Virus record (IMG/VR): IMGVR_UViG_3300027608_000043
Location: 1-53,095 of that record
Source: a virus
Lineage: Duplodnaviria > Caudoviricetes
Direction: 5' to 3' (one strand)
DNA length: 53,095 nt
In this document: positions 9,390 through 19,131 of the stretch, in pieces
How positions within the stretch are numbered: position 1 is the stretch's first letter
Layout: the number at the start of each line of letters is the position of its first letter
Notes under the pieces: generated by a model
Told to the model about the DNA's origin: nothing
What the model saw: the letters and a program-made list of their open reading frames with translations, nothing else
Database searches by the model: none
Position numbers and translations under genes: made by a program

Positions 9390-9875
9390 CTAATAATTTC
9401 CTAGATTTCTTCCATAATTTTCAAGCCCTCTTCTATCTTTTTCTCTCTGGCTGTTTTGCATATTTTGTTCTTGCAGTGATTCAAGTAAACTAGCAAATCC
9501 TGTCATATTACCTGGGACTTCTCCTAGCATCCCACCAACGTTACCTATATCCTGTCCTCCTGGAGAAGCCTGAGCTAGCAAAATGTTAGGATTAGGTCCA
9601 AAGGGAGTTCCAGCTTGTGGCATTAACCTTTCATCGTAATACACAGGAGGTTTGCCTGATCCAGAAGGAGGTGATAACAACGGATGTCGTCTAAGATGAT
9701 TACCTTCAAAATCAGGATAAAGTGGATAATTTGAATCAGGCCGCTCATCATATGGTTGCATTCCTTTTTTATTAAAAAATTTTAAAAGCGGATTAACTCC
9801 ACCTAAATTACGAACCCCCGCAATATTACCTATTTCTGAACCGTAAAACCCACTATCTTGTTGTTTGGGGTACAT
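9390..9875 (-). CDS. Hypothetical protein
   Basis: 161-aa ORF preceded by a TAGAAT -10-like box. Confidence 0.55.
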   Translation of the reverse strand: MYPKQQDSGFYGSEIGNIAGVRNLGGVNPLLKFFNKKGMQPYDERPDSNYPLYPDFEGNHLRRHPLLSPPSGSGKPPVYYDERLMPQAGTPFGPNPNILLAQASPGGQDIGNVGGMLGEVPGNMTGFASLLESLQEQNMQNSQREKDRRGLENYGRNLGNY

Positions 9876-9908
9876 TTATCTATTTATTATTGTTTATATT
9901 CTATCAAC

Positions 9909-10091
9909 CTATTCTTCTATTGCTTCATATCCTGTTGGATCATTAAGTTTTGATAAAATTACACCCTGACCCTTTAGTTTCCATTCTAAAATATCTCCTT
10001 CTGTCCAGCCAAGAGCTTCTACTATTTCAGTGGGAAATTCAATAAAATAATCTCCGTTACTGTCTTCTTGAATTTCAAGGGTGTAATTCAT
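9909..10091 (-). CDS. AbrB/MazE-like swapped-hairpin small protein
   Basis: YFIEFPTEIVEALGWTEGDILEW pattern; likely start ATG 10091. Confidence 0.65.
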   Translation of the reverse strand: MNYTLEIQEDSNGDYFIEFPTEIVEALGWTEGDILEWKLKGQGVILSKLNDPTGYEAIEE

Positions 10092-10095
10092 CTGG

Positions 10096-10371
10096 TTATA
10101 GCTTTTCAATTAGTTTATCAAGCTTAATATTAATCTGTTTGAAATTATCTTGCATCTGTTGCATCTCTCTCAAGAAATCTACCTTAAGTACATATTCGAT
10201 TGGCAGACGGTGGTGCATGGAGTTCAGGTTGGCATCAGTGTTGTCCATTCGTTTTTCCACACGAAGGATACGTTCGTGAAAGCGGCCTAACAATTTATTC
10301 GTCACCCACCCAACACCAGTGACAGCTGGTACCGAAAAGCCAATAATAACCAGCAAGAGATCGGGTCCCAA
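10096..10371 (-). CDS. Small membrane protein with coiled coil (possible lysis/holin-like)
   Basis: N-terminal hydrophobic helix followed by a heptad-rich tail. Confidence 0.5.
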   Translation of the reverse strand: MGPDLLLVIIGFSVPAVTGVGWVTNKLLGRFHERILRVEKRMDNTDANLNSMHHRLPIEYVLKVDFLREMQQMQDNFKQINIKLDKLIEKL

Positions 10372-10407
10372 TGCGTCAGCCTGTTCTTTCTGCTACTATT
10401 CTAAGGT

Positions 10408-13071
10408 CTAGTAATCAAATTGGAGCTTTCCTTTTTTGGCCAATCCATTTACTAGCCATACCAACGCATCCACACAATCATCATGACTACTCACGCCGAA
10501 GTTTGTGAGTTCCTCGAAGAGATTAGTGAAGTTCCGAAAACGATTAAAGATTATTTTTCGTTCTTCAAACATGCCTATAATCCCCCTAAACCGCGCCAGC
10601 TTATCTGCACGGAATCCCTTGACGGGGTGCCAGATCAAGTTGTTCAAACCTTCGTCATTAAGGCAAATCCTCTTAAAATCGGCTTCGAGAGAAGCTTGAT
10701 ATTGGACGGCTTCTGACCAGATATCACAAGTAGAGAAGGTTGGGAAGTAGTTCCCATTGTCATCTTTTCCTATGATCGACCAATCATTAAGCAATTCTTT
10801 CATTTCATCTAGCTTTTCTAGGTTGCCCATGGCCCGTATCCTGCGGTAATCAATGATATGAATACGATCATCAATACGTCCACCCAGGACCATTACGGTG
10901 TAGTCATTCTTTTCTTTAATTCCAGCAGATAAATCTACCCCTATACCAAGTGTATCAAATTCTGTTGCTATCTCCGCCTTTACTATCAGCTCTGGTGCCA
11001 GGGATAGCTCACCTTGTCTGACAATCTGATTCATGTATTGAAAAGAGAATGCAACAGGTGCTTGTCTTTTCTTTTCTTTTAAGTAATCCAGTGACCACAT
11101 TTCAGGCCAATAAGAAATCTCATCTCCTGTTTTAGGATCTGTTTGGATAGCAGACAACACAATTTGTTGCCAGTTATTTTGTTCATTAAAAGTAGTGGCG
11201 TGTATATCATCATGTCTGAATCTGGTACCCAAACATATTGCTCTCCCTCCTTCAAACATAGTTGGTGAGATAACCGCATTCCAGTTATCTTGCATTGCTT
11301 TACGTATATCAGGATTAGCTATATCTGTCGCTGATTTTATACAGTCATCAATTAAACATAAATGACTACGTTTAGATGTAACAGAGCCTTTTAATCCAGC
11401 TGCACAAAGAGTAAACATCTCATCACCGATATTATCAATACCGGCAAATTTATGATCAATGGACCAATATTCATTACTTGTTACGTTCTTTAATAGACGG
11501 ACTGCCGGGAATACTTCTTGATATTTACGGCTTTCTATAATACGTTTAATTGCTGCTGATTTAGGACGTGCAATTTCAACTGTATAAGAAAGATAAAGAA
11601 TTTGTAAAGGTAGCTTAGCTGTGGTATGTACACCAATAGCCCATGCAGTAAACAAACCTAAGGTCGTTGACTTTGCTGAATTGTGACTAACAATATAATC
11701 TTTAGTTAAGAAAGTATGACAGTTGTCGGCTACTTCAATACAACGTACTTTTTCTGTTGTTGATGGGCAAATATTTTTAATGCTGCGGCAAGGAAGATAC
11801 TTGGTGCAAGGAGAATATCTTTGGGCTTTACGGTGTAAGTGAAAAGGTTTAATGCTATCTGGTAATTTGATACCTAAGGTAACTGATGGTGTTGTCGTAC
11901 GTACGCGCTCTTGATGTTTGTTTAGGTATGTATTCAGTTGTGACGCACGTTGTGTTGCTATCCCTCCAAGGGATTGAACTAGCTCTGTTACATCTCTAAC
12001 AAGAGCTGTAGATGTTGTACAAAAAGACACCCCTCCTGTAGATGCAACAGTACCATCTGTGTCTAGCAACCCTTGTAGCAAGGCTTCTCGATCAGGTATC
12101 GATGCTATCAAATAAGACTTAGGAATAAACTTATCAATTGATGTTTTACCATAGACCCCAAGTGTTTTTAGGATCTCTCGCACAATACTTGGTTTTCCTC
12201 CAGCAAGAACCCCTTTAACATGTGAGATATTATATCCATATTTTGCTACTTTTTTAAAACGATAATCTTCTGGTAATCCTAGGGCACAACGTTCAACAAT
12301 CTCTGGATCTGCACTACATAAAGAAAGGTTATTAGAACTAAGAGAACCATCACCAAGTAATGCTCCTAATAAATATGGATCAAGAGGAAGTTCTGTTGCT
12401 GGATATTCAACTGGTTGTGTGACAGGAATCTGATAACGAGGATAACCTCTACTGTCTAACCAAGGTGTTTCTCCTGGTTCACAAGTAGCAGTAACTCTTT
12501 GGGTCAATGCTCCAGGGCGACCATTCCCTTTAATCCCTACTGTTTTTTGTGTACGTATTTCATTAAGTGTCATGCTGCGCCAATCTCCTTTTCCGTCTGT
12601 TCCCATTCGTCGCACCTTCCATAGGTGTTGATCGTCACAACGAACAGAAGAACCATCAGTAAAGACGACTTCCCATGTAAGTGATTCTTCGTAATCTGAA
12701 ATACCTACTACTTCAGTTAATTGCCCGTGTTCAGAAAAGACAATATCACCAACTTGTAGTTCCCCTATAGGTACCCATCCATTAGGAGTAGCTACCGGTG
12801 TAGATACAGCTAATGGCCCACGGGGACCAAGTAGATCAATATTCGGACCGGCTATATTTTTTAAACAGACACTATCCTCACCTGTTACAAAGTGTCCGTG
12901 CCAATCCTTGTGGTGGGAGGCTGGAGGTTTATTAGCAACATATTCACAAAAGAAACTAAAATCTTCTCTAGCTTTTTTTACTGCTTCTTGGTTATCAGAT
13001 GGTTTAACTGTGTAGTTTTTTGCAGCCGCCCTTGCGTTGCGTCGATACGCAAGATGTAAATATGAGGGCAT
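10408..13071 (-). CDS. terL: Terminase large subunit, intein-containing
   Basis: Walker A PRG|SAKST split by the intein, Walker B LCLIDD, GTRF coupling motif, nuclease GVD...DYT...HDDCVDA. Confidence 0.92.
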   Translation of the reverse strand: MPSYLHLAYRRNARAAAKNYTVKPSDNQEAVKKAREDFSFFCEYVANKPPASHHKDWHGHFVTGEDSVCLKNIAGPNIDLLGPRGPLAVSTPVATPNGWVPIGELQVGDIVFSEHGQLTEVVGISDYEESLTWEVVFTDGSSVRCDDQHLWKVRRMGTDGKGDWRSMTLNEIRTQKTVGIKGNGRPGALTQRVTATCEPGETPWLDSRGYPRYQIPVTQPVEYPATELPLDPYLLGALLGDGSLSSNNLSLCSADPEIVERCALGLPEDYRFKKVAKYGYNISHVKGVLAGGKPSIVREILKTLGVYGKTSIDKFIPKSYLIASIPDREALLQGLLDTDGTVASTGGVSFCTTSTALVRDVTELVQSLGGIATQRASQLNTYLNKHQERVRTTTPSVTLGIKLPDSIKPFHLHRKAQRYSPCTKYLPCRSIKNICPSTTEKVRCIEVADNCHTFLTKDYIVSHNSAKSTTLGLFTAWAIGVHTTAKLPLQILYLSYTVEIARPKSAAIKRIIESRKYQEVFPAVRLLKNVTSNEYWSIDHKFAGIDNIGDEMFTLCAAGLKGSVTSKRSHLCLIDDCIKSATDIANPDIRKAMQDNWNAVISPTMFEGGRAICLGTRFRHDDIHATTFNEQNNWQQIVLSAIQTDPKTGDEISYWPEMWSLDYLKEKKRQAPVAFSFQYMNQIVRQGELSLAPELIVKAEIATEFDTLGIGVDLSAGIKEKNDYTVMVLGGRIDDRIHIIDYRRIRAMGNLEKLDEMKELLNDWSIIGKDDNGNYFPTFSTCDIWSEAVQYQASLEADFKRICLNDEGLNNLIWHPVKGFRADKLARFRGIIGMFEERKIIFNRFRNFTNLFEELTNFGVSSHDDCVDALVWLVNGLAKKGKLQFDY
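11680..12816 (-). mobile_element. Class 3-type intein (Pro1 ... SHN/S+1) with LAGLIDADG homing endonuclease, 379 aa
   Basis: Block A PLAVSTPVATPNGW, block B HLW, block F VRCIEV, block G IVSHN; LLGALLGDG and LLQGLLDTDG motifs. Confidence 0.9.
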
Positions 13072-13100
13072 GCCAAGAAACTAACTAGATCAAATATAGC

Positions 13101-13253
13101 CTAAGATTTAGATTTTTGTTCTTTATATTTACGAGCTTTATCTAAAGCAGCCTTACGTTTTTCTTTGTCTGTCATATTAGAGCCGTCTTCTTTTTTCGCC
13201 TCTTTATTCTTGAATATCTCAAGAACTTCAGGAGGCATTGATTTTTTAGCCAT
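13101..13253 (-). CDS. Small Lys-rich protein
   Basis: MAKKSMPPEV...; likely start ATG 13253. Confidence 0.55.
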   Translation of the reverse strand: MAKKSMPPEVLEIFKNKEAKKEDGSNMTDKEKRKAALDKARKYKEQKSKS

Positions 13254-13257
13254 CCTA

Positions 13258-13629
13258 TTAACGCATCTGTCTTTGTGAACGAGCTGCCATTTGAGCACGT
13301 TGCATTATTTCCTGAGCTTCTTCATCTGTATAGCGAGTAGATCTACCTGGTCCCATGGAGATACCGCCTTTAGCAGGCATATTCAATGGAGCAATAGGAT
13401 TAGCTGCTTCTACATTAGATCTGTTCTCAAGACCGCTATAACGATTGTTGGCTTGCATGTCACTATAATCTGGTTCTAAGCCAGGGCGAAAATCAGCATT
13501 TACTGGGGATCTTTGAGCATTTGTTATTTGCTCTTCTCTTTGTTTACGCATCATGGCTTCCATCATGGTTCGCTTTCCTGCATCAGCAGTTCTGCCTTCC
13601 ATGCCTGGTAACCCGCTATTGGCTCCCAT
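13258..13629 (-). CDS. Hypothetical protein
   Basis: 123-aa ORF tightly packed in the operon. Confidence 0.6.
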   Translation of the reverse strand: MGANSGLPGMEGRTADAGKRTMMEAMMRKQREEQITNAQRSPVNADFRPGLEPDYSDMQANNRYSGLENRSNVEAANPIAPLNMPAKGGISMGPGRSTRYTDEEAQEIMQRAQMAARSQRQMR

Positions 13630-13636
13630 GAGTACC

Positions 13637-13822
13637 TTATTTACCCTTTAGGGCACGTAAGCGATCCATCTTAGTCTTCATATCCTCTTTCTTGTCCACA
13701 GGCTTTGCAGCGCCTTTAGCACCAGGCTTACCGCCCTTGGGTGGATTAGGCGGGATAGCCTTCTTGCCACCTTTCATTTCTTCTTTCCCTTTAGGGGGTA
13801 CTTTGCCAGTCATGTCATTCAC
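13637..13822 (-). CDS. Small Lys/Gly/Pro-rich basic protein
   Basis: 61-aa ORF. Confidence 0.55.
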   Translation of the reverse strand: MNDMTGKVPPKGKEEMKGGKKAIPPNPPKGGKPGAKGAAKPVDKKEDMKTKMDRLRALKGK

Positions 13823-13848
13823 TTAAGTAATAAATTTATTTTAGTACA

Positions 13849-14370
13849 TTATTCTTCTAATTGCATTCTTGCCCATACACTCATTGCTGCTTCTTTTAAA
13901 GGACCTTCTATTGGGTCATCTTTAAATATAAAAGCTAATTCACGTATGGCACGGTCTGCCCCTGCCATCAACAAGCCTTTCCTATCTTTATTAGTAGTAA
14001 ACTGCTCTACTTGATTGATGGTACCACGGAGCTCTTTTTCCATTGCTGCAATACGTGCTACCCCTGCTTCTCTCTTTACACCCATATTTTCAATATCATC
14101 GCGTAACAAACGGATGTCATCTTTCATGTAGCCAATTTCATCCAATAGTATCTGCCTGTGGTCAGGTTTCTGATACTTTTCTTTTATCCACTCTTCACAT
14201 GCAGTGATACTACCTAGGTAACCAAGGAAACGAGCATACAGAAAACACTCAATTGTTGAATAGTTTTCAGCACAAAAAGAACAGAATGACTCGTGGGTGC
14301 CAGGATCTAAACCTTCTGCCCACGCATCAAAGACTTCAGTATTTGTAAGCTCCACGGGCCTGGGCAGCAT
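13849..14370 (-). CDS. Helical protein, candidate terminase small subunit
   Basis: Likely start ATG 14370 (MLPRPVEL); coiled-coil core; upstream of terL. Function is inference. Confidence 0.4.
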   Translation of the reverse strand: MLPRPVELTNTEVFDAWAEGLDPGTHESFCSFCAENYSTIECFLYARFLGYLGSITACEEWIKEKYQKPDHRQILLDEIGYMKDDIRLLRDDIENMGVKREAGVARIAAMEKELRGTINQVEQFTTNKDRKGLLMAGADRAIRELAFIFKDDPIEGPLKEAAMSVWARMQLEE

Positions 14371-14590
14371 CCCTGGCTTCGTCGCTTTCACTGAACTCTT
14401 GTTTCTGTTTAGTTCCTGCACGTTCTTCTGCAGCTTGCTTTCCAATAGTTTCTCTTGCTTGTTCACCAGTATCTTTGTATTTCTGTTTGGCAAATTCATA
14501 CGCAACGCCCGCAGCTTTACGATATTGCTCAAGATCTTTATCTGAGAATAAATCGTCGCTATACGTAGTTGCGGAAACAGGGTCTGCCAC
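14336..14590 (-). CDS. Hypothetical virion protein
   Basis: 84-aa ORF in the operon. Confidence 0.55.
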   Translation of the reverse strand: MADPVSATTYSDDLFSDKDLEQYRKAAGVAYEFAKQKYKDTGEQARETIGKQAAEERAGTKQKQEFSESDEARDAAQARGAYKY

Positions 14591-14597
14591 GGTTCAA

Positions 14598-14891
14598 TTA
14601 AAAATTAGACATCATTTGAGCAAGACCTTGACTATAGATGTCGCCCCTTCTAGCACGGTTGGCTTGTTCTGCCTGCCTCATTTTAGAACCTTCTAACTTA
14701 CCAAGAAGGGTTTCAAATTGAGACAAGTCTTGTTCAGGCGCAAATGTTGCATCAGCAAGTGTTTTTTTTGCTAGTTGTCCTTGTTCTGCAGTATATTCCC
14801 CTCGTGTTACAGCGTCTGTAATAGCGTTTACTTGCCTTGAATATTCGTTATAATCCTCTGCTTTACCTGTGCGGGCCCAGTTTTTTGCCAT
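14598..14891 (-). CDS. Hypothetical virion protein
   Basis: 97-aa ORF; its C-terminus GLAQMMSNF resembles that of 15094-15999 (GLVGAFNFS). Confidence 0.6.
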   Translation of the reverse strand: MAKNWARTGKAEDYNEYSRQVNAITDAVTRGEYTAEQGQLAKKTLADATFAPEQDLSQFETLLGKLEGSKMRQAEQANRARRGDIYSQGLAQMMSNF

Positions 14892-14956
14892 TTGTTTGTT
14901 TTGTTAACTAAATTAATTATAGCAAGTTAATCTTAAAAATAGCCAGTGTGCTTTAT

Positions 14957-15094
14957 TTAAAAGGGTTGCCTAGAATCCTGTCTTTCTTTTAAAGTTTTTA
15001 GCAGGTCTTTAAATCTATTCACATCAAATTCTGTTTTGTTTTGTTCTTGTTCAAAGTCTTGTTCTTTATCTGTTTCCTGGTTAAAATCTTCCAT
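14957..15094 (-). CDS. Small acidic protein (45 aa, MEDFNQETDKEQDFEQ...)
   Basis: Translated by hand; TAATG stop/start coupling with the upstream gene. Confidence 0.5.
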   Translation of the reverse strand: MEDFNQETDKEQDFEQEQNKTEFDVNRFKDLLKTLKERQDSRQPF

Positions 15095-15999
15095 TATGAA
15101 AAGTTAAACGCCCCTACTAATCCTTGCATTAAATTCTGGCTTCCTTGTTCTCTGGTAAGTCTAGACTTACTTTCATTCTGTTGTTTGTCCAATTCCATTG
15201 AAATAGATCCCTCCAAGGATTTTAAACCTGAATTATATATAAAACTTTCATAGCTACTAAGCTGTGATTTTGTTAGTTCAAGATCTTCTGGAGAACCCTC
15301 TGTTATAAAATCAGGAGCTGTGATCCCTGTTTTTGTACTTATATCTTTTGATAACGTTGGTCCTTTACCGATATTTAATTTATATTTACCTGTTCTCCAA
15401 CCAGCTCCTCTTGGATCGTCTATTGTTGTTAATATAGGTCCGCCGTAACGCGCCTCCATTTCAGCTTGGAAGGCATTTGCAGGAATACTTTTCTTGTATT
15501 CATCTTTAGATTCTAGCGCTGCTTTAATATCATAATTTGGATCAATACTTAATTTTCCTGTTAGAGGATCTATATAATCCTTTAACTCTTCTTCTGTAGG
15601 AGCACGATTGTAAACATTTTGAAAAAGAGATCTGACTTTTTGTTCTTTTCGTTTAGGTTCATATACAATTGCCTCAGCATCTAATGCTTTATAATCGTCT
15701 TGTAATGTAGCTCTAGATAATCCATGTGCATGATAATAATCGTCAAGTGCTTGTTTTCCTAACTTAAGACTAGTATATCCAGTTTTATATTCGCTTAGTA
15801 GATTTGCTAATTTAGCAGGACGCCCTGCTTCGCCTGATTCTTTCAGTTCTTTCTTCTCTAGTGCATCAGCTTCTTTTTTTGCCTTGATCTCACTATCTGC
15901 GCGATCAAGAATACTTTGTTGAAAATTCCATGCGTCTCTTCTGTCATTAGCCGCGTTTTGTGCGGATAGGTTCATTAAATATACAGATAGAAAATCCAT
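15094..15999 (-). CDS. Putative internal virion protein
   Basis: 301 aa, GGAGG SD. Confidence 0.6.
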   Translation of the reverse strand: MDFLSVYLMNLSAQNAANDRRDAWNFQQSILDRADSEIKAKKEADALEKKELKESGEAGRPAKLANLLSEYKTGYTSLKLGKQALDDYYHAHGLSRATLQDDYKALDAEAIVYEPKRKEQKVRSLFQNVYNRAPTEEELKDYIDPLTGKLSIDPNYDIKAALESKDEYKKSIPANAFQAEMEARYGGPILTTIDDPRGAGWRTGKYKLNIGKGPTLSKDISTKTGITAPDFITEGSPEDLELTKSQLSSYESFIYNSGLKSLEGSISMELDKQQNESKSRLTREQGSQNLMQGLVGAFNFS

Positions 16000-16009
16000 A
16001 AGTTACCTC

Positions 16010-16516
16010 CTATAAGCTTGGTAATACAAAATTACCAAAGCGGGCTCTATCTTCTAATGTTGCTGTAAATCTTTCTGCAAGTCTATTACGTTCAGCAGCA
16101 TCTTTTAAACCTTGTTTAAATAAAAGTGTTTGATTTTGTTCCTCTTCTAACTCTCTCTCTTTTCTTGCTAAAGCAAATTCTTGAGGTTTAAATTTGTACA
16201 GATCTTTTTCTTTTGCTGCTTCTTGTAAAGCAGCATCCATAGGTGCATTATATAAAGAAGTACCTAGTTGTCCAAATATATTCATTGCTTGTGCTTGTGC
16301 TCTTCCAGCAGAAGCCTCCGCAGATGCAAGATAATCACCAAACATTTTATAACGAGCTTGTTCTTTTGCTTGTTTTCTTGCTTGGATAGCTGCTGTTTTA
16401 TAACCTTCTCCTTGTATTGCAGAACCTGCTAATCCTATTAAACCACCTACTATCGGTCCACCTGCACTACCCCAGAAACCTGACGACGCAGTAGCTCCAA
16501 ATGGTGTCATTGCCAT
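16010..16516 (-). CDS. Putative ejection/internal virion protein
   Basis: Gly-rich hydrophobic N-terminus plus coiled coil, typical of pilot/ejection proteins. Confidence 0.55.
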   Translation of the reverse strand: MAMTPFGATASSGFWGSAGGPIVGGLIGLAGSAIQGEGYKTAAIQARKQAKEQARYKMFGDYLASAEASAGRAQAQAMNIFGQLGTSLYNAPMDAALQEAAKEKDLYKFKPQEFALARKERELEEEQNQTLLFKQGLKDAAERNRLAERFTATLEDRARFGNFVLPSL

Positions 16517-16604
16517 GGTTTATCCTCCTGCGCTTGCATACAGTCTACTTCAATCTTACGTAATAAAGTTAAATTATTTTGTTTTTTATAAAAGCTATTC
16601 ATAA

Positions 16605-17144
16605 CTAAGCATAGTATTGTCTATTTGGTAATGGCTGTGGAGCAAATACAGGTATTTCTTGGCGTGGTTGACCTCTTCGTGCACTTAGATATGCATCTGC
16701 ATTTCTTATTGGCGCATCAGCTAGATATGCAAGCATTTCTGGACTACCTCCAGCAATACTTGCTTGTATTCCTTTTTGTAAAGAGCCAAATCCTGCGGCT
16801 AACATTTCTTGCCCGAATTTACGTTGTGCATTTTTATCAGCTAAATTAGCATCAAATTCTCTCATCTTCATCATAAAAGGCATATAAGCGTCAAGTTGTT
16901 CTGCTGTATTTGGAGCTCCAAACTGCTGCATAAACATGGCTCCTGAAAGAGAATTTGGATCTATTCCTGATTGTTTTAATTGAATTAGACCATCAAGTGA
17001 TCGGTTACTTTTTGTTAAAGGTTTGTTTAATAAATCAAGACCAAAGCTATTTGTTGCATCAAAAGTAAGTCCCCCTGGGCCAAAAGCTTTTTGTAATTGA
17101 TCAGGAGTGTAATTTAAAGCAGCACCTGCAAACATTCTTGCCAT
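16605..17144 (-). CDS. Putative internal virion protein
   Basis: 179-aa ORF; starts with NYTPDQ, like the neighbouring gene's NYTPEQ. Confidence 0.55.
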   Translation of the reverse strand: MARMFAGAALNYTPDQLQKAFGPGGLTFDATNSFGLDLLNKPLTKSNRSLDGLIQLKQSGIDPNSLSGAMFMQQFGAPNTAEQLDAYMPFMMKMREFDANLADKNAQRKFGQEMLAAGFGSLQKGIQASIAGGSPEMLAYLADAPIRNADAYLSARRGQPRQEIPVFAPQPLPNRQYYA

Positions 17145-17146
17145 GA

Positions 17147-18079
17147 TTAACCAAATTGAATGTTAGGAGATTGACGAACAGCAGCTTGTATATATGGATT
17201 AGTGCCTGCCATAGTGCGGGCTAATGCTCCAGCTTCTGCTTGTGCTCCTTTAGCTAATGCGCCTTGTGTAGCTAATATACCAAGACGTGCATCTATATTA
17301 CCTTGTGTATTCAGTAAAGCTTGTGAGCGCACCAAGTGTTTATCTAGCCCTGATTGAACAAGTGGATCTAAAGATTTACTATATTGCAGTTGTTGTTGAA
17401 ATTGATGTTGAATAAGATCTTTTTGAGCAGCTACCTCTGATCCAAGCATTTGTTTACTGTATCCAAACTCTCGATCCATCAATTGTGTCTCATATGCATA
17501 ACGACGTGCAGCTTCATTTAATGGGATATTATTAGGACCAAACAAGGGGGTTTCTGTCCCTTTTGTCTCTGGTTTATTTCCAGTTTGTTGCCCAGTGACT
17601 GCATTTTTAATGGTTTCTGCTCCTCTAGCAAAAACTTCTCCTCCTCCGTATGCTCCTAGTACAGGTGCTACTACTCTTGCTATTTTACCAAGAGGGCCAG
17701 GCATTCCTTTTGTAAGGGCATTTACACCAGCTCCGACAAGGCTGCCACCGAGCATGCTACCTGGAATAGCTGCTGCAGCACCAACAAGCTGGTCTTGCTG
17801 AAGTTGATTTATAGTTGAAAAAACACCTGCTCCTACTGCTCCAAGGCCGCCTACATTGCGAGATGTAAGTCCAGCATTCCTAGCATTTTGAACAGCTGTT
17901 TCATAAGCTTCAGGAGCTTTTGCAACCATGTCATTATATCTCCTTAATCCCCTCTCTTTCATTCGTGTTACATAGTCTCCTAATTGATATTGAGCTGCCT
18001 GAGGTGGTGTAGTAGATGCTGCAGGATAGCCATACTTATTTGCTATTTGAGCTATTTGCTCTGGAGTGTAATTTGCCAT
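17147..18079 (-). CDS. Putative internal virion protein with glycine-zipper segments
   Basis: 310 aa, GxxxG-rich hydrophobic stretches. Confidence 0.55.
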   Translation of the reverse strand: MANYTPEQIAQIANKYGYPAASTTPPQAAQYQLGDYVTRMKERGLRRYNDMVAKAPEAYETAVQNARNAGLTSRNVGGLGAVGAGVFSTINQLQQDQLVGAAAAIPGSMLGGSLVGAGVNALTKGMPGPLGKIARVVAPVLGAYGGGEVFARGAETIKNAVTGQQTGNKPETKGTETPLFGPNNIPLNEAARRYAYETQLMDREFGYSKQMLGSEVAAQKDLIQHQFQQQLQYSKSLDPLVQSGLDKHLVRSQALLNTQGNIDARLGILATQGALAKGAQAEAGALARTMAGTNPYIQAAVRQSPNIQFG

Positions 18080-18128
18080 TTATTGTTCAGTCATTTATTT
18101 ATATAGTTAAATTCTATCAGATATTATC

Positions 18129-19127
18129 CTATTGTTGATAATCTGAAAGCCTAGGTAATTGTGGTCTATTAGCAGAAGCTATTATTTCATTAGCTATTAA
18201 ACCAACAGCAGATCCTGCTAATGAGCCAATAGCGGATCCTGCAATGCCTCTGCCCATTCGTGTTCCTTTTGGTGCCGTTGCTTTTAGTGTATCAGGTGTT
18301 TTACTAAGTAAATTAAGCTGTTGTGGACCTTTCATTCTATCAACCGAAGTAACACCCATTCTTGCTCCTGCTATTCCACCGGCAAGCGCTGTTACACCTG
18401 GTATCGATACAGGATTACCTAAGATGCGCATCTCTGGTTTACCTTCTAGATTCTCACCTGTTACTTTTACAATGCCCATTGTGCCAGGGATACCTGGATC
18501 ATTGTGTAAATAATTCATATAATTAGCGTATCTTGCATGCGTTAAATCAAGAATCTCTTCTTTTGCTGCGTCATATTTCAAAGGACGTCCACGTCTCCCC
18601 TGGAAAAAACGTTGAAATAATTCTGCTGCCGGATCGGTTGTTTCCCTAGGGTCTTCTTCACTAGGTAAGTTTTGCTTATAGCCTGCTGGTCTACCCAATT
18701 GTGCAATGTTAAGTGGGTCATAGGCACCAGAAAGGGCAGCCGCTGATTGTATAGCAGTAACTCCTACAGCAGCTCTTCCATAACCACCTAGACGATCCTG
18801 TGGGTCTACTAGCTTCTGTACTAACTCATCTGCTATTGCACCAGGGTGATTGTATTTCCAATAGAAACGTCTAGTTTCATCATTTAAAACATCTCCTAGA
18901 AGGTTGGCACTATAAGCACCAAAAAAAGCAAGCGGAGTTTCAACAGGTGATACACCTTGCGCTTTTAAACGTTTATAGAATTGTGGATCACGTACACCTT
19001 TTCCGTAACCTCTTTCTTCTGCAATCTGTTCTTTTATGTATGCACCAACAGCAGCGCCTTGTTGCATGCCTGCTGGTGTACCATACTTGCCCATATGGCG
19101 TGAATAGTCCCAGGGGGTTTTTGCCAT
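18129..19127 (-). CDS. Putative internal virion protein
   Basis: 332 aa, C-terminal glycine zipper. Confidence 0.55.
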   Translation of the reverse strand: MAKTPWDYSRHMGKYGTPAGMQQGAAVGAYIKEQIAEERGYGKGVRDPQFYKRLKAQGVSPVETPLAFFGAYSANLLGDVLNDETRRFYWKYNHPGAIADELVQKLVDPQDRLGGYGRAAVGVTAIQSAAALSGAYDPLNIAQLGRPAGYKQNLPSEEDPRETTDPAAELFQRFFQGRRGRPLKYDAAKEEILDLTHARYANYMNYLHNDPGIPGTMGIVKVTGENLEGKPEMRILGNPVSIPGVTALAGGIAGARMGVTSVDRMKGPQQLNLLSKTPDTLKATAPKGTRMGRGIAGSAIGSLAGSAVGLIANEIIASANRPQLPRLSDYQQ

Positions 19128-19131
19128 TTTA

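Noticed and set aside
14371-14532. N-terminal 54 aa of the 227-aa ORF 13849-14532
   Set aside because: Shadow of the overlapping 14336-14590 gene; ATG 14370 is the more plausible start
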